Counted from the first letter of the whole stretch, positions 38,143 through 50,505 are shown. The stretch is DNA of 63,211 bases, filler included, from Octopus bimaculoides (GCF_001194135.2; 7 parts of 7 records of this genome joined end to end with filler, not necessarily neighbours in it); one strand, 5' to 3'. The notes: a model not told the origin generated them from the letters alone. Made by a program: numbers and translations.

Positions 38143-38949
38143 TCAAACAAAACAATTTCCTGTTTTGTTGCATAGTAATTCAGCAAATAATATTGCCAGA
38201 ATTTTCAACTTTGATATGCATTTTGTAACATGCACAGTGATAGCATAAACTAACATAAGCTACATACTGGATTATAATAATGGAATAAGCAAATGTACTT
38301 CAAGAGGAAATGACTGGGATTTTAGCCTACCAACATATATAATATAATTTATTCTGCAAAGGAGATACTTGGTTATCCAGCCAGAGGGAAGGGCAAGAGA
38401 AGGAGAGAAGGTGATCCAGAATGAGCGTAGAAACAGGTGCGCTGCTGTAGAGGAGATACATGGCTACCCAGCCACAGGGAAGAGCAAGGAGAAAAGAGAG
38501 AGAGGGAAGCAGTAAAAGTTCAATAGAAAGCAGGAGTAGTGGAAGTTTCAGGGTGTACTCACAAGGGACAGGGATCAGAGCTTTGATCTGATGGTAGAGT
38601 AAGGAAGAGAGAAATAAATGGTGGCAACTGCTAGGGCATACCCTCAAAGTATGGGGATTGTAATGTATATGGCCAGGTATTATTGCCCAGAAAGTGCGAG
38701 TAGGGAGTGGATGTGGGGATTGCAGTGACTTGTGAGAACCTGGGTATAAAGTAGGGGTGGAGAAAGCAGTGATACAGTGAGCAGGGCAGAGAGGATGGGG
38801 TTGGGGAGAAGGAAATAATCATAGCGTATGAAGAGGAAATACGAGGAAGAGAAAAGATGCAGTTTAGGAGAGGAGATGTAGTTTGGTTTCTAGGGGTAGG
38901 GTGTAGCGTTCACTTTTGCTGATATGCATGGGTCCTCTCTAGAACCTCC

Positions 38950-39205
38950 TATCACCAGACATCTCAGTCTGTTGTCATTTCCTTTAAGAGGCCCAGCATC
39001 CTGAGATCAGTCCCTCGCCACTTTATCCCACATCTTCCTGGGTCTTCCTCTTCCACAGTTATCATCCACTTTCAGTGACTGGCACTGCTTTATACAGCTG
39101 TCTTCATTTATATGCATCACATATCAAAACTAGCATAGTCTACTCTCTTGCATGCCACATTTAATTTCTCTTACGCTCTTGACTTTCATGACCTGGTCCA
39201 GCACT
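38950..39205 (-). mobile_element. RTE LINE 3' ORF2 fragment
   Basis: Minus strand resembles the RTE C-terminus (...HINEDSCIKQCQSLKVDDNCGRGRPRKMWG); homologous to 39655-39810. Confidence 0.65.
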
Positions 39206-39212
39206 TTGATAC

Positions 39213-39272
<60 letters not shown>

Positions 39273-39505
39273 NNNNNNNNNNAACTGATGAGATGTAACA
39301 AGTTTGAAATGTTGATGAATTTTTTTTTTTATCTTAGAATTAATATTCCCTTTAGGGGTCAAATTTCAGAATTGATTAAGGAAAACAATTTTGTTTGTTG
39401 GTGATCATATTGAAAATGTTAATAATTATGATGATGATGTTGATGATGATGATAGTGATGTTGGTGATGTCTAATGTTTCTTTTTTTGTTTTTGTTTTAT
39501 TTTAG

Positions 39506-39526
39506 CTGCGCCACCTCAAACAACTG
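39506..39526 (+). CDS. 21-nt microexon G ((A)APPQTT)
   Basis: ttttattttag|CTGCGCCACCTCAAACAACTG|gtatgt; phase 1-1, with flanks homologous to microexon F. Confidence 0.65.
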
Positions 39527-39583
39527 GTATGTATCTTTAATTTCTTATTATTACTATATACAATCATATTTTGTTTGCACCTT

Positions 39584-39624
<41 letters not shown>

Positions 39625-39654
39625 TAATATATATATATATATATATATATATAC

Positions 39655-39978
39655 AGTTGTGGTGTGCAAGAGAGACGATTGCAATGGTATGGTCTTGTTG
39701 CGAGAATGGATGAGGATAGCTGTGTGAAAAAGTGCCACACCCTAGCGGTTGAGAGAACCTGTGGACAAGGTAGACCCGGGAAGACCTGGGATGAGGTGGT
39801 GGAGTGCTAACAGCACCATCTGAGCGGGATCACTGCCAGAGTAGCTGTCTGGCTTCCATGCCAGTGGCACGTAAATAGCACCATTTGAGCGTGTTCGTTA
39901 CCAGCGTGAGCTTACTGGCACTTGTGCTGGTGGCATGTGAAAAAACATTTGAGCGAGGTCGTTGCCAGTGCCGCTGGA
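39655..39978 (+). mobile_element. RTE LINE 3' end plus repetitive 3' UTR
   Basis: CGVQERRLQWYGLVARMDEDSCVKKCHTLAVERTCGQGRPGKTWDEVVE is a typical RTE/BovB C-terminus. Confidence 0.8.
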
Positions 39979-40078
39979 NNNNNNNNNNNNNNNNNNNNNN
40001 NNNNNNNNNNNNNNNNNNNNNNTTAATTAATTAANNNNNNNNNNNNNNNNNNNNNNNNNNNNNNNNNNNNNNNNNNNN

Positions 40079-40141
<63 letters not shown>

Positions 40142-40224
40142 TATATATATACATACATGTATTTGTGTGTGTGTGCCTTGGAATATAAGTTTACACGCAC
40201 ATAGACACACACAGATAGGTTGAC

Positions 40225-40580
40225 TTGCGTTGCCTGGATTTCTTGGGTCTGGAGTAATCAGGATTCATATATTGCGTACTTTGCCGCTTGCTCTATGAAT
40301 CAGAACATTAGTTCCAGATTTCAGGTTGGATCACCGGAGACTGAATTACTTTCGGATTTGAGGTAATGAGCTCAACAATCTCCCTACTGTCACCAACGCG
40401 CCTTTTCTTTTCTTCATCACTGCGCACACGGGACGCAAGTTTTGCACGAATTTTGAGTATGTTCAGGGCTACAAAAATAAATCTGTATATTGTTGCTACA
40501 CGAACACTGAACTGCATTTTATTTGTCTTTAGAGTCACCCGATAGTCATCCAGAAAATTTGCGTATATTTTCGATCAGCT
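40225..40580 (-). mobile_element. mariner transposase internal fragment
   Basis: LDDYRVTLKTNKMQFSVRVATIYRFIFVALNILKIRAKLASRVRSDEEKKRRVGDSREIVEL...EIWN*CSDS*SKRQSTQYMNPDYSRPKKSRQ aligns to the mariner HTH, WVPRxL linker and DETW..Y.PE.KRQS region. Confidence 0.7.
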
Positions 40581-40822
40581 CTGATACCCTGACATCACAC
40601 TCCCTTCCACACTCGTTATCATCTCTCACCCCCACTTCCCCGTCTTTGAACCCCTTGTGTTATTGAAATACAGAGGGTCGGCTGATCCAAGTTAAGCTAT
40701 AAGCATCCTGGATCAGTTCATATGCTTTTGTTGTAAATTTCCCCAGTTTAACAGAAAGTTTTATTGCCTAGCCTGTTTCAAATTTATCTTCACTTACGAC
40801 TACATCACTCTGACTAGCAGTG

Positions 40823-41235
40823 TTTGATCACACATGTCACATCCTTTGTGCAATTTCTTCGGGTATTTGTTGAAGGACAGAGGCTGTAATGTTGGTATAT
40901 TCAAGAAATGCGGCTTCTCAGCGGTTGAGTGCGTTCAAAGTACCGTTAAAGGATTCTCGTTTAATCTAGAATAAATTGTTGGCATGTCAAGTTATTCGAG
41001 GCTTAGCAATAACACCTTCAAATCTAGGTTAGATATTACTACCTCTCCTTAAAAAGTCTCAAACTTTCAGGAAAGCAACTCACACATTACAAGAGAACTA
41101 CATCTAAGATGCTGCAGCATACAGAAACCTCAACCACTGAGAAACCGCATTTCAGGAATATATCAACATTACAGCCTCTGTCCTTCAACAAATATCCGAA
41201 GAAATTGCACAAAGGATGTGACATGTGTGATCAAA
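40823..41235. mobile_element. Foldback/MITE with 107-bp terminal inverted repeats
   Basis: 40823-40929 is the reverse complement of 41129-41235 with about 6 mismatches; spacer about 200 bp. Confidence 0.85.
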
Positions 41236-41428
41236 TAGGTGATCGATTTTACGTTATATTGAACAACAGTAGTCGGACAGAAAATCGATAATCATCAATT
41301 TTTCGCTCTCGCGTAAGACATAGAACGTTCAAGACGCCGAGAAGCGATTTATAGCAGAAAGTAGTATTGGATAATGTATGAATGATCTGAACTCCGAGGA
41401 AGAAAATAGCATTAATTTTACTTAGCAA

Positions 41429-41835
41429 GTGGCTGTGTGCCTGTTCGGGAAGAAGATTGATACTCGGTCACATGGGTCCGAGCTATGTGCTACAGCGTGG
41501 CAATTTGTGTAAGTGTCTTCTATAGCCTCAGGCCAACCCAAGCCACGTGAGTGGATTCTGTAGACGGAAACTGGAAGAATCCCACCGCATGTGTGCAGGC
41601 GTGTGTGTATGTGTGCATGTATGTATGTGTACATGTGCGTGTGTGTATCTTTGTGACTGTGTTTCTCAACCCACGACATTTCGACACCCGGTGTTCGTGT
41701 GTTTAAGTTCCCGTAACTTATAGACCAAGAGAATAAATAATAGGCTTAAGATATAGGTCCTGGGATGGATTTAGTTAATTAGAATACTCCAAAAAGGTCC
41801 TCCGTCATGGTTGCAATCGAATGGCTGAAACATGT
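41429..41835 (+). mobile_element. SINE family B, diverged full-length copy
   Basis: gtggctgtgtg...gtgtcttctatagcctcaggccaacc...ggctgaaacatgtaaaaga. Confidence 0.75.
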
Positions 41836-42627
41836 AAAAGAATATACGACAGGAAAACGAATGTCATAATTTAAAATCGTTCAAGCCTTTCGAAAATGAT
41901 CTTCTGGGAATGTAATGCTACTTTTGCTGAGGTTTCGTCTTCAGTTAGTGCTTATCTTGGCTTTTCTGTGTGACAATAGCGATAATAATTCATTAAGAGT
42001 CTTGGGGAAATTCCATTTCATTTCAGTGAGCATACACCAAGAAGTTGCTTCAAGTGGTGTTGCACCAGTGAAAAACAAATTTCGAATAAAGGCTTTCTCT
42101 TCTCAATGCGTTCAGCTTATTCTCGGATGATTTAACACGAGGAAGAAAACCGATTCACCTATTCAAAACCCTGAAAGAGTACTCATGTATAAAATATATA
42201 TAAACATTAAAACAATAAAAGAACCAAGTAATGTATTTTCTTGCAGGCATTAGATAAACTGAATTATTCAGATGCTTCCGTATCTAAGATATATGTAAGC
42301 CTCATTTAATTTACCTTTCCACAAGGTACTACGACTTTAAAATAATTCCATAGACCTTTACGTCTGATCGTAAGGGGGGTAACCATGTGGGCCATAAAAA
42401 AGTGCATATTTTAAAATTTACTATCAACAAGTTCCCTACGAACTGCCGCATATAATATACGGTATTGATCTTCAAACTACGATTTGTGTCAACATTTTGT
42501 GCCTGGGGACATTTTTATCTATAATATATGAGAAATGGCTCTTATTCAAGATAAGCAGTTGTGAAATTCAATCTAAGACAAGGAAAAAGAATTATTGTGA
42601 AAGAAAGAAACTATATGTTCATTGCGG

Positions 42628-42674
<47 letters not shown>

Positions 42675-43593
42675 AATTGAAGCAAAGAAATTTTACTATG
42701 CATTTTACCCTGGATATGAAGTAGTTTTCAGTTTTCATCAATACATTAGAAGAAACGTAATGAACATATAGTTTCTTCCTTCACAATAATTATTTTCAAT
42801 TGATGTAATGATTGCATTGTTCAATTAAATGGAGTTGCATAAAACGATCGTACAGCATTACTTCTGGATATCCTTGTTGCTTATTTTGATATATATATAT
42901 ATATATATATTTGCGTGTATTACTAAAGTCAGTAGCATTTTGTGGAAACTTGTGAGTTAAATGTATTGATAAATATATGTACACATACATTTGGATACAA
43001 TTTATATCTGTCTGTGTGAGTGTGTACACGTGTGTGTGTACACGCATACGCACATGAACTATATATTTACCAAAGGCAGAAATGCTATACTAAGCATACT
43101 AACGGTTGAACACATACACTAGCCTACACACCCACACATACACAAACACACATACACAATATAGACATTACAAATTAAGCAAACGTAAGTGTTCAAGAAA
43201 TAACATTTATGCAAAGCACCATTTAAACATATACACCAACAATAGAATATACAACAGCTAATTACATTTCAGAAACAATAACTTAGTTCCTTTGAATGCA
43301 TTCATCTACAACTTTAAAACAAATCAGGAACCTGCATTCATCAGTTCCTTGAAGGAATTCTATCGATGTTAATATACAAAGAAGCATGAAGCACGTACAT
43401 GCATACATACATACATACATACACACATATTTATATAAATAAGGATAAGATCGATATTTAAGATATTGATCTTATCAAGTGGCCAGCATGGGAATAAAAG
43501 CCATCAAAGGTAACAATTATTTAAAATTATAATATAGGGTATCTAAGAGATACCACCACGCTGAAAATAACAGTCAAATCTTGACTCTAAACC

Positions 43594-43660
<67 letters not shown>

Positions 43661-43755
43661 GTATATATAAAAATAAATATATATACATATATATATATAT
43701 ATTTATACATATATATATATATGTGTGCGTGTGAGTGCGTGTGTGTATGTATATA

Positions 43756-44010
43756 CTAGCAGAGACACCCGGCGTTGCTCGGGATTAAAATGGCCTAGTT
43801 TGTATATAATATATTACAGTTATGTTGAAACAAGTCATTTAGAAAAGTGCAGCATTGACAACAAAACATTTGTGGAGTAAATGATGGGCTAATTTGACTA
43901 ATCAACATGCTATGCGTCTCTTTGGAGTATTTCAGGCCCTAACCTGTGGGGTTTATGTGATTTTTATTTCAGGCCCTAACCTGTGGGGTTTATGTGATTT
44001 TTAAAAGCAC
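43756..44010 (-). mobile_element. Helitron-like 3' end with internal 37-bp duplication (43929-44002)
   Basis: Minus strand cccgagcaacgccggg-tgtctctg-CTAG|T: hairpin plus CTAG plus T flank. The inner boundary is uncertain. Confidence 0.55.
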
Positions 44011-45237
44011 AGAGAAGCTGTCAGTGGATATACTCTCTTTTGCAGCAGTCGGTGCTGTGTCTAACACGACCCATCATCTGAAATGTTGATACCTCCTTCG
44101 AGTTTGCTGTCCTACATCACTCATGGAGTAAATTTGGAGGAACTGTGGCCACCTAACTCCCCAGACAAAATAAAATATTAGTTTAATTGCTTAAACGAAA
44201 TATATGAGATCGAATGTTTAAAGGCCTAACACATAGAGAAATCTAACTTTTTCTAATTCAGCCATTTGACGAGCACGTGTGGAAAATCATGATACAATTA
44301 TTTTATATCCAGTGTTTCGATTCTAAGCAGGCAATAATTTATATTTGCGTAGCAATAATTCTAATAATTGCTCTGCTAAGAATTTAATTAGAGAACGTCT
44401 CTGCAACAAGTTATAGTCTAAATCTTCGTATTTGCTAATTAGTGATATCTTTATTTCAATTCAAATATCATTTAACAAGCATTTATTATCCAAGATAAAA
44501 GCTGTAAACACGATGGAATATCAAATTTAGATTGGTTCACCTATCGCTGTCGTATATCTTCATCGCTCTTAGCTTTAAATACATGCATTCTTATTAGAGT
44601 TATGCAATGCATAGAGTCAATAAGTTAGTGTATGGGTAATAATATCCGTGGTTCAATTTCAACCCAACTCATTCTGAAATTAGCCATAATTAGATTTCCA
44701 AGATAGCAAAGGCTCTATACTTCCAGCATTGAAAACTTCATGATTTGTTGTAGACTACCGGCTTATTTTGTTGGATCGATCCGTGGTTTTTGGAACTTTG
44801 AGCGGACGTGAAAATTAAAAACCTCACCAAATAAACATTATACAGAGCACTAATGGTATGTCAACCACCTACATCGAGGACAGGGATACAAATAGGTAGA
44901 GTCGATAGTGCCTCGGTACAAATGAGTACCGTTATTTGTTCTGGATATCAGTTATTTGAGTTCAAATTAATCTTGGGTTAAGCGTGTATTTCATCCTGTA
45001 TAGACTGATAAAATACGGTCAGTAGATCTCTATGGATTTACAAAACGGTAAGACCTCCTAAACATTTGCATTGTGGTAATTACATCTATTCGTCCCATTC
45101 TGAGTTCTTGAGCTCGCTGCCTGTTAGATATAATCCGTCTGAGAATTTGACGCCGTCACCTGGCAATTTGGAACGCTTTAGTGCTACGCAATGATGTGCA
45201 TAGGGATTCTGCAGGTTTCCTGGTTTGAAGATACTGT

Positions 45238-45297
<60 letters not shown>

Positions 45298-45454
45298 TTG
45301 TCTCGGTGGTCCTATAAGATGATAATAGATGCTGTCTCGTCCGGAATAAATGATTCAGCCAAACGTTAATGACAAATTGTCTACGTTGTCCATAGTCATG
45401 TGCCACTGAAATAACGTTCACAGTTGTAAACAATATTATTTATACTGGTAATCC

Positions 45455-45770
45455 GTCGGTTTCGACGTCGAGGCTACATTTGATCCGATCTAGCGAAGAG
45501 CATTCTCATGAAATTAACATGCAAGTAGCTGAGCACTCCTCAGTCATGCGTTTCCTTAATGTATTTCTCATGGAGATTCAACGTGACACACAATAAGACA
45601 AGGGTAATTCTTTTGAAATACAGGTGCTACAAATTTTTGCCAGGTGTGTGGACTGAAGCAATGTAAAGTACAGATTCATACTCAAAGACCCAACGCGCCA
45701 CCGGAAATTGAACCCCTCACCCTACGATCGTGAGGCAAGTACCTTAACCACTAAGCCACGTACCTTTAAT
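45455..45770 (-). mobile_element. SINE family E, diverged copy
   Basis: Reverse complement aligns with 26304-26626. Confidence 0.65.
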
Positions 45771-46920
45771 TTTTTAAATAAATAGATACTATTTAAATGA
45801 GGAAATAAACAAGATATTTTTTAAGCAGAAAAACGTATTGATAATTATGAAGAAAAATATTGATTTTTACCAACTCATAGTCGAAATATCATCAAAACTG
45901 TAATCGATTGTGTTGATTTACGTTCTTGATTATTGTTTGTTTGTTTGATACTGGCGTTTCACTCGTAAACACGACTTCAGTTTGATATAGACAGAATACA
46001 CCAAGTGACGTATCAAGATATTTGTACTCTCGTTCCACTGTTTGGGCGATGCATTGCACTTTAAGTTGCATCCAATGTCATTCCTGGATACACATTTTGT
46101 TACTTATTTTCCTCTTTATGAATAAAACAACTGTGAGCACGGAAATCAACGGCACGCAATAGTCATCTGACTTACATATCAGTTAAATGCTACGTACACT
46201 GGCGACATTCTTTTGGACTGCAGATTCAAAATATACTTTGAATCTGTTGAGGATCTCGGACAAATTTTTATAGTATCAATTACACTGAGAGAAACTCCAT
46301 CATTCCACTTGCCTTGCAGGGGATATAGCATCAACCAGGCCTTGAGGAGATTAATTGCGTCTTCATTCCTATGGAGCATATCATTTAACAGCAATTAATC
46401 GCCAATATCAAGAGTTAGAAAACATTTTATTCTAAATTTAGATTGTTGTAACAATCAGCAATATGGTCGTTTTAAAATCTAAATTGATTTTTATTGCATG
46501 ATATCGAAAAAGATAAAGTTGGACAAAATAATTGTGAATGCAAGACAAATCGATTGGACGTGATCTCACCCACGGTGCTGGGATTTTCATTAATCCGTGA
46601 TAATTTGTATGACCGTACGATTGCCATAGATCCTCTAGTGTTTTATTTCATTCTCATTCACTTATCCCGAAGCATGTAAATACTGGCCGTACCCGCGTAA
46701 ATTAACCCAAGGCGAGTAAATGTCTATCACATCCCACTACGGTCTACATAAATAAAATGATACGTTCGTTAATGGAAGATTACATACACAGTCCGTGAAA
46801 GAAAATACAAGTTCATCACTGCTAAATCTTCGCATGACTGATCGACTGGTCATGTTACAGTGCTAATTAGCGATGCACGACATCTACTAGAGGACCCCAG
46901 TATTTAATGAAATGTATATT

Positions 46921-47202
46921 AATAGTCATCGCCAAGCCAACATGGCAGTCCAAAAAATAGGACGAATGCTGTCGTTGATTAGCTCCAAGAGGCAATCGCC
47001 TTTAGCTAGCTATGTGACACAAGAACCTGTGTCCATTATAACCTTCGAACATGGGAAGCGGCTGACTTCCCCTGTTCGAAGGTTATAATGGACACGGTTC
47101 GTGTGTCACATAGCTAGCTAGAGGCGATGGCCTCTTGGAGCTAATCAACGGCAGCATTCGTCCTATTGTTTGGACTGCCACGTTGGCTTAGCGATTACTA
47201 TT
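46921..47202. repeat. 282-bp near-perfect palindrome (about 138-bp arms, 7-nt loop)
   Basis: Manual alignment: about 9 substitutions plus 1 indel between arms; loop cggctga at 47059-47065. Confidence 0.92.
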
Positions 47203-47383
47203 GATACCCAGTACCACTGCCGTAGTCTCCTTTACTAAATAGTGTCGACGTATAGGAAATGTGTGTTATTCATCTATGTTCGACTTACTATCAAATAAGT
47301 GCTTTAGCTCTATATTTAAAAAATGAAATTTTGGCGCCAAAATATCTATTTAAGTAACACGCGTAACTCATTTCAACATCGTA

Positions 47384-47741
47384 CAAGGTTATTAAAAAAT
47401 CTCCATACATAGGAAAAAAGTATTGTTTTTTTTATAAGAGACACTTTATAAGATCCCCTGATCTGACTTCTCTTGATTTCTATCTTTGGGGGCATTTAAA
47501 AGGCAAGGGGCATCGCGAAATGATAAAAGACAAATCTTTTGAAAGAACGCATCACCAACTCATTTGCACAGGTATTACCAGATGTGTTATTGTGAGTTCA
47601 CAATGGCTGGGGTAAAGGTATTGCAATGTGTATTCAAAACAATGGTAACCTGTTAAATAAAAAAAAACTGTCCTTATAAACTGTTCCTTATAAAAAAAAT
47701 AATAAATTGTTCCTAAGTATGGCGACTTTTGAATCACCCTG
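47384..47741 (+). mobile_element. Internally deleted Tc1/mariner element with TIRs and TA TSD
   Basis: TA|caaggttattaaaaaatctccatac ... gtatggcgacttttgaatcaccctg|TA. Internal RSPDLTSLDFYLWGHLKGK is the SPDLxPxDFxLW motif. Confidence 0.85.
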
Positions 47742-48811
47742 TAGATATGATTTCTCTAACTTCTAACTTTCTAACCTCATCCACCAAACCATTTATTTTC
47801 TCATAATCAACGATCAAAACAAACATCACTAAAGTCAGCTGAACAATAAAGTGCCATGGCGAAGCCGTTGGAAAAATTTAATACGTCCTCTACGCCAATA
47901 AATCGTTTCAACATATGCCAAAAGGCAGAGGCAATTGAATCACGGAAATCGACGATGGCGTGTACAACAATTTCAACTGCTTCGCCATATCCTGCGATTT
48001 AATCTGCCGTGCGTGAATACTGATTTCTGACCCTGGCGCGGGTCCACAATTCTGTAGAAGTTGGATTTAGTTAATTGAATCAGCTCACGGTACAATAAAG
48101 TTAATTATTTTATCGATAACAATGTGATATAATTCAACTACATCTGGATTTTAACTTAGCATATTAATGGAAAGTACTAAATTCAACGACGATAATTGTT
48201 CAACGATCTTGAATTATTGCCATTCGATTACTCTTGAAATACATAACACGTTTAAAAATTGAAAGAGGATAGTAACATAAAGGTACGTATGTAGACAAAA
48301 TGATAATCGTTCCATCATATTAAACCGAAATGACTAAATTCTTATAAATATATTTCTATATAAATAAAACGAAAAGTATGACACGGAATGTAAAGTTTGT
48401 ATGATTTTTAATCAATGACAATTAATAGATCGATTGTGTTTGGAACTTAACATAAAATAGTCCTTAGCTTTCAAGGCGCTGTTGTGGGTGAACATTTTTC
48501 ACACCACATCAAGTGTCTTGTAGTTCATTTTAATATCATATTGTCGTGTGTATATTGTGCCAACAGCAAATTCTTAGCATTATATCTTATACTGTTTTTC
48601 TCATATCTGTATCTAAATTCCCCTCGCACAGAAAAATCTTTTATCGATTGCTATGGCAACAGAAATTACTAATACTATTCAGCCAAGGGGTTTAACGTAC
48701 TTTGCGATATACAACAAAAAGAGACTAAACACTTCGTTTCCATTCAAGCATCATCTTCAAGCCTAAAGAGGTCAGTATTAGGTTTCACGTTTGCTTGATG
48801 CTGCATGGATT

Positions 48812-49096
48812 GACAGGTAGAACCCCGATCACGTTCCCTGTCAGTGGCTAAACAATCCAAAGCTTCGCCATGATAGGTAGGGCCGATATCGAAGGATCTC
48901 AAAGCGATGTCACTGCGAACGCTTGGCTGCCACAGGCCCGTTGTCCCTGTGGTAATTTTCTGACACTTCTCGGCGAACACATAGCACGCCGCTGTTCGGA
49001 AAGGCTCGATGGGCCATGCTTTCGCTGTCCGTATTCGTACTGAAAATCGAGATCGAGCGGGCTTTTGTCCTTTTGCTCGACGTGTGGTTTCCGTTC
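48812..49096 (-). pseudogene. 28S rRNA fragment (3' domain), diverged
   Basis: Plus strand matches the reverse complement of conserved LSU sequence (gttccct...aacaatccaa, gccga.atcgaaggatc, gaacgcttggc.gccaca.gcc.gtt.tccctgtggtaa, gtattcgtactgaaaatc.agatc.agcg.gcttttg), with substitutions and a small deletion. Confidence 0.9.
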
Positions 49097-49789
49097 AAAG
49101 TTGTATATTTTATTTTCATCAAACCAGAGTCGTTCTAATGAAATAATAGTAAAGTACTGAAGTCTTATTCAAAAATACTAGCCTTTTTTTTTTGTTAAAA
49201 TGAGAAAACACTCTAACTATTTTAATTAATATTTTAATTAATTTTTCTCGGAAGAAACACGAATTCTAGTCAGGAGATATACAATTTTTTCATCGAAAAC
49301 TGAAATTCGTATGAGAGAGAGAGGAAGAGAGAAAGAGAAAGAGTATAAAGGCCAGCTAAATCCTTCACTGTCTGTCACAAGATATTCTCTCGAGCAAAAT
49401 TAAATTAAAGCCACTATTAAACAAAATATATAAAACAATTCTTTTTACTTCACTTTATAATGCATTTTATATTATTCTCATCTCTCAAACTTTTTTTATA
49501 CTAACCTTTCAAATAATTTCAACAGTTTATATCTTAGTATAATACCAACGACAATACAAAACTTTAACTCACCAATAAATGAAATTTTACAGCCATAGGA
49601 CCTTAGCCATTGTCTTATTCACGTTGAAATGTACAAGAAATTATAATCAATATAGTGGGTCAATATTAATTTATATGTTTAGCTGTTGTATATCATACTC
49701 CATGCTAGTCATCTGCGGTTTTACATCCCTGTGGCATCCCTCCTACTTGAGGAAACAAAAGGAACAATAGTTCTTCCCCCTCCTCCTCT

Positions 49790-49832
49790 TCTTCTTCTTC
49801 TTCTTCTTCTTCTTCTTCTTCTTCTTCTTCTT

Positions 49833-49907
<75 letters not shown>
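49790..49907. repeat. (CTT)n(ATT)n microsatellite
   Basis: Direct reading. Confidence 0.95.
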
Positions 49908-49910
49908 GTG

Positions 49911-50190
49911 AAGGCGCATGGCTCAGTGGTTAGAGAGTCGAGCTTACGATCGTGAGGTTATGAGTTCGAATCTCGGACGGGGGGCTGCGTGATGTGTTCT
50001 TGAGCAAGATACTTTATTTCACGTTGCTCCAGTTCAGTCAGCTGTAGAAATGAGTTGCGACATCACTGGTGCCAAGCTGTATCGGCCCCTTTGCCTTTCC
50101 CTTGGATAACACTGGTGGCGTGGAGAGGGGAGGCTGGTATGTATGGGTGACTGCTGGTCTTCCATAAACAACCTTGCCCAGACTTGTGCA
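49911..50190 (+). mobile_element. tRNA-derived SINE family D
   Basis: Head aaggcgcatggctcagtggttagag...gagttcgaatctc with A/B boxes, then a CORE-like segment; homologous to 13925-14160. Confidence 0.8.
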
Positions 50191-50222
50191 ATCCCATGGT
50201 CAGTCAAGATCGAAGGTGGGTA

Positions 50223-50316
<94 letters not shown>

Positions 50317-50326
50317 CATCATCAAG

Positions 50327-50505
50327 TTGAGCTGGCAGAATCGTTAGCACACCGGGTGAAATGTTTATCGATATTTCGTCTGCCTTCATATATTTCTGGA
50401 TTATCCATAATATTAAAGCGAACGCCCATCGCTACGTTCTGGGTTCAGATTCCGCCGAGGTCGAATTTGCCTTTCATCCTTTCGCGGTCGATAAATTAAG
50501 TACCA
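50327..50505 (+). mobile_element. SINE family A copy with insertion
   Basis: gagctggcagaatcgttagcac...ccgccgaggtcgaatttgcctttcatcctttcgcggtcgataaattaagtacca. Confidence 0.8.

Noticed and set aside
43273-44387. Candidate terminal exons 43273-43372 (NNNLVPLNAF...) and 44262-44387 (ending AIIYICVAIILIIALLRI*), which could supply a membrane anchor
   Set aside because: AT-rich DNA readily gives hydrophobic frames, and there is no independent evidence. Worth checking only alongside RNA-seq.
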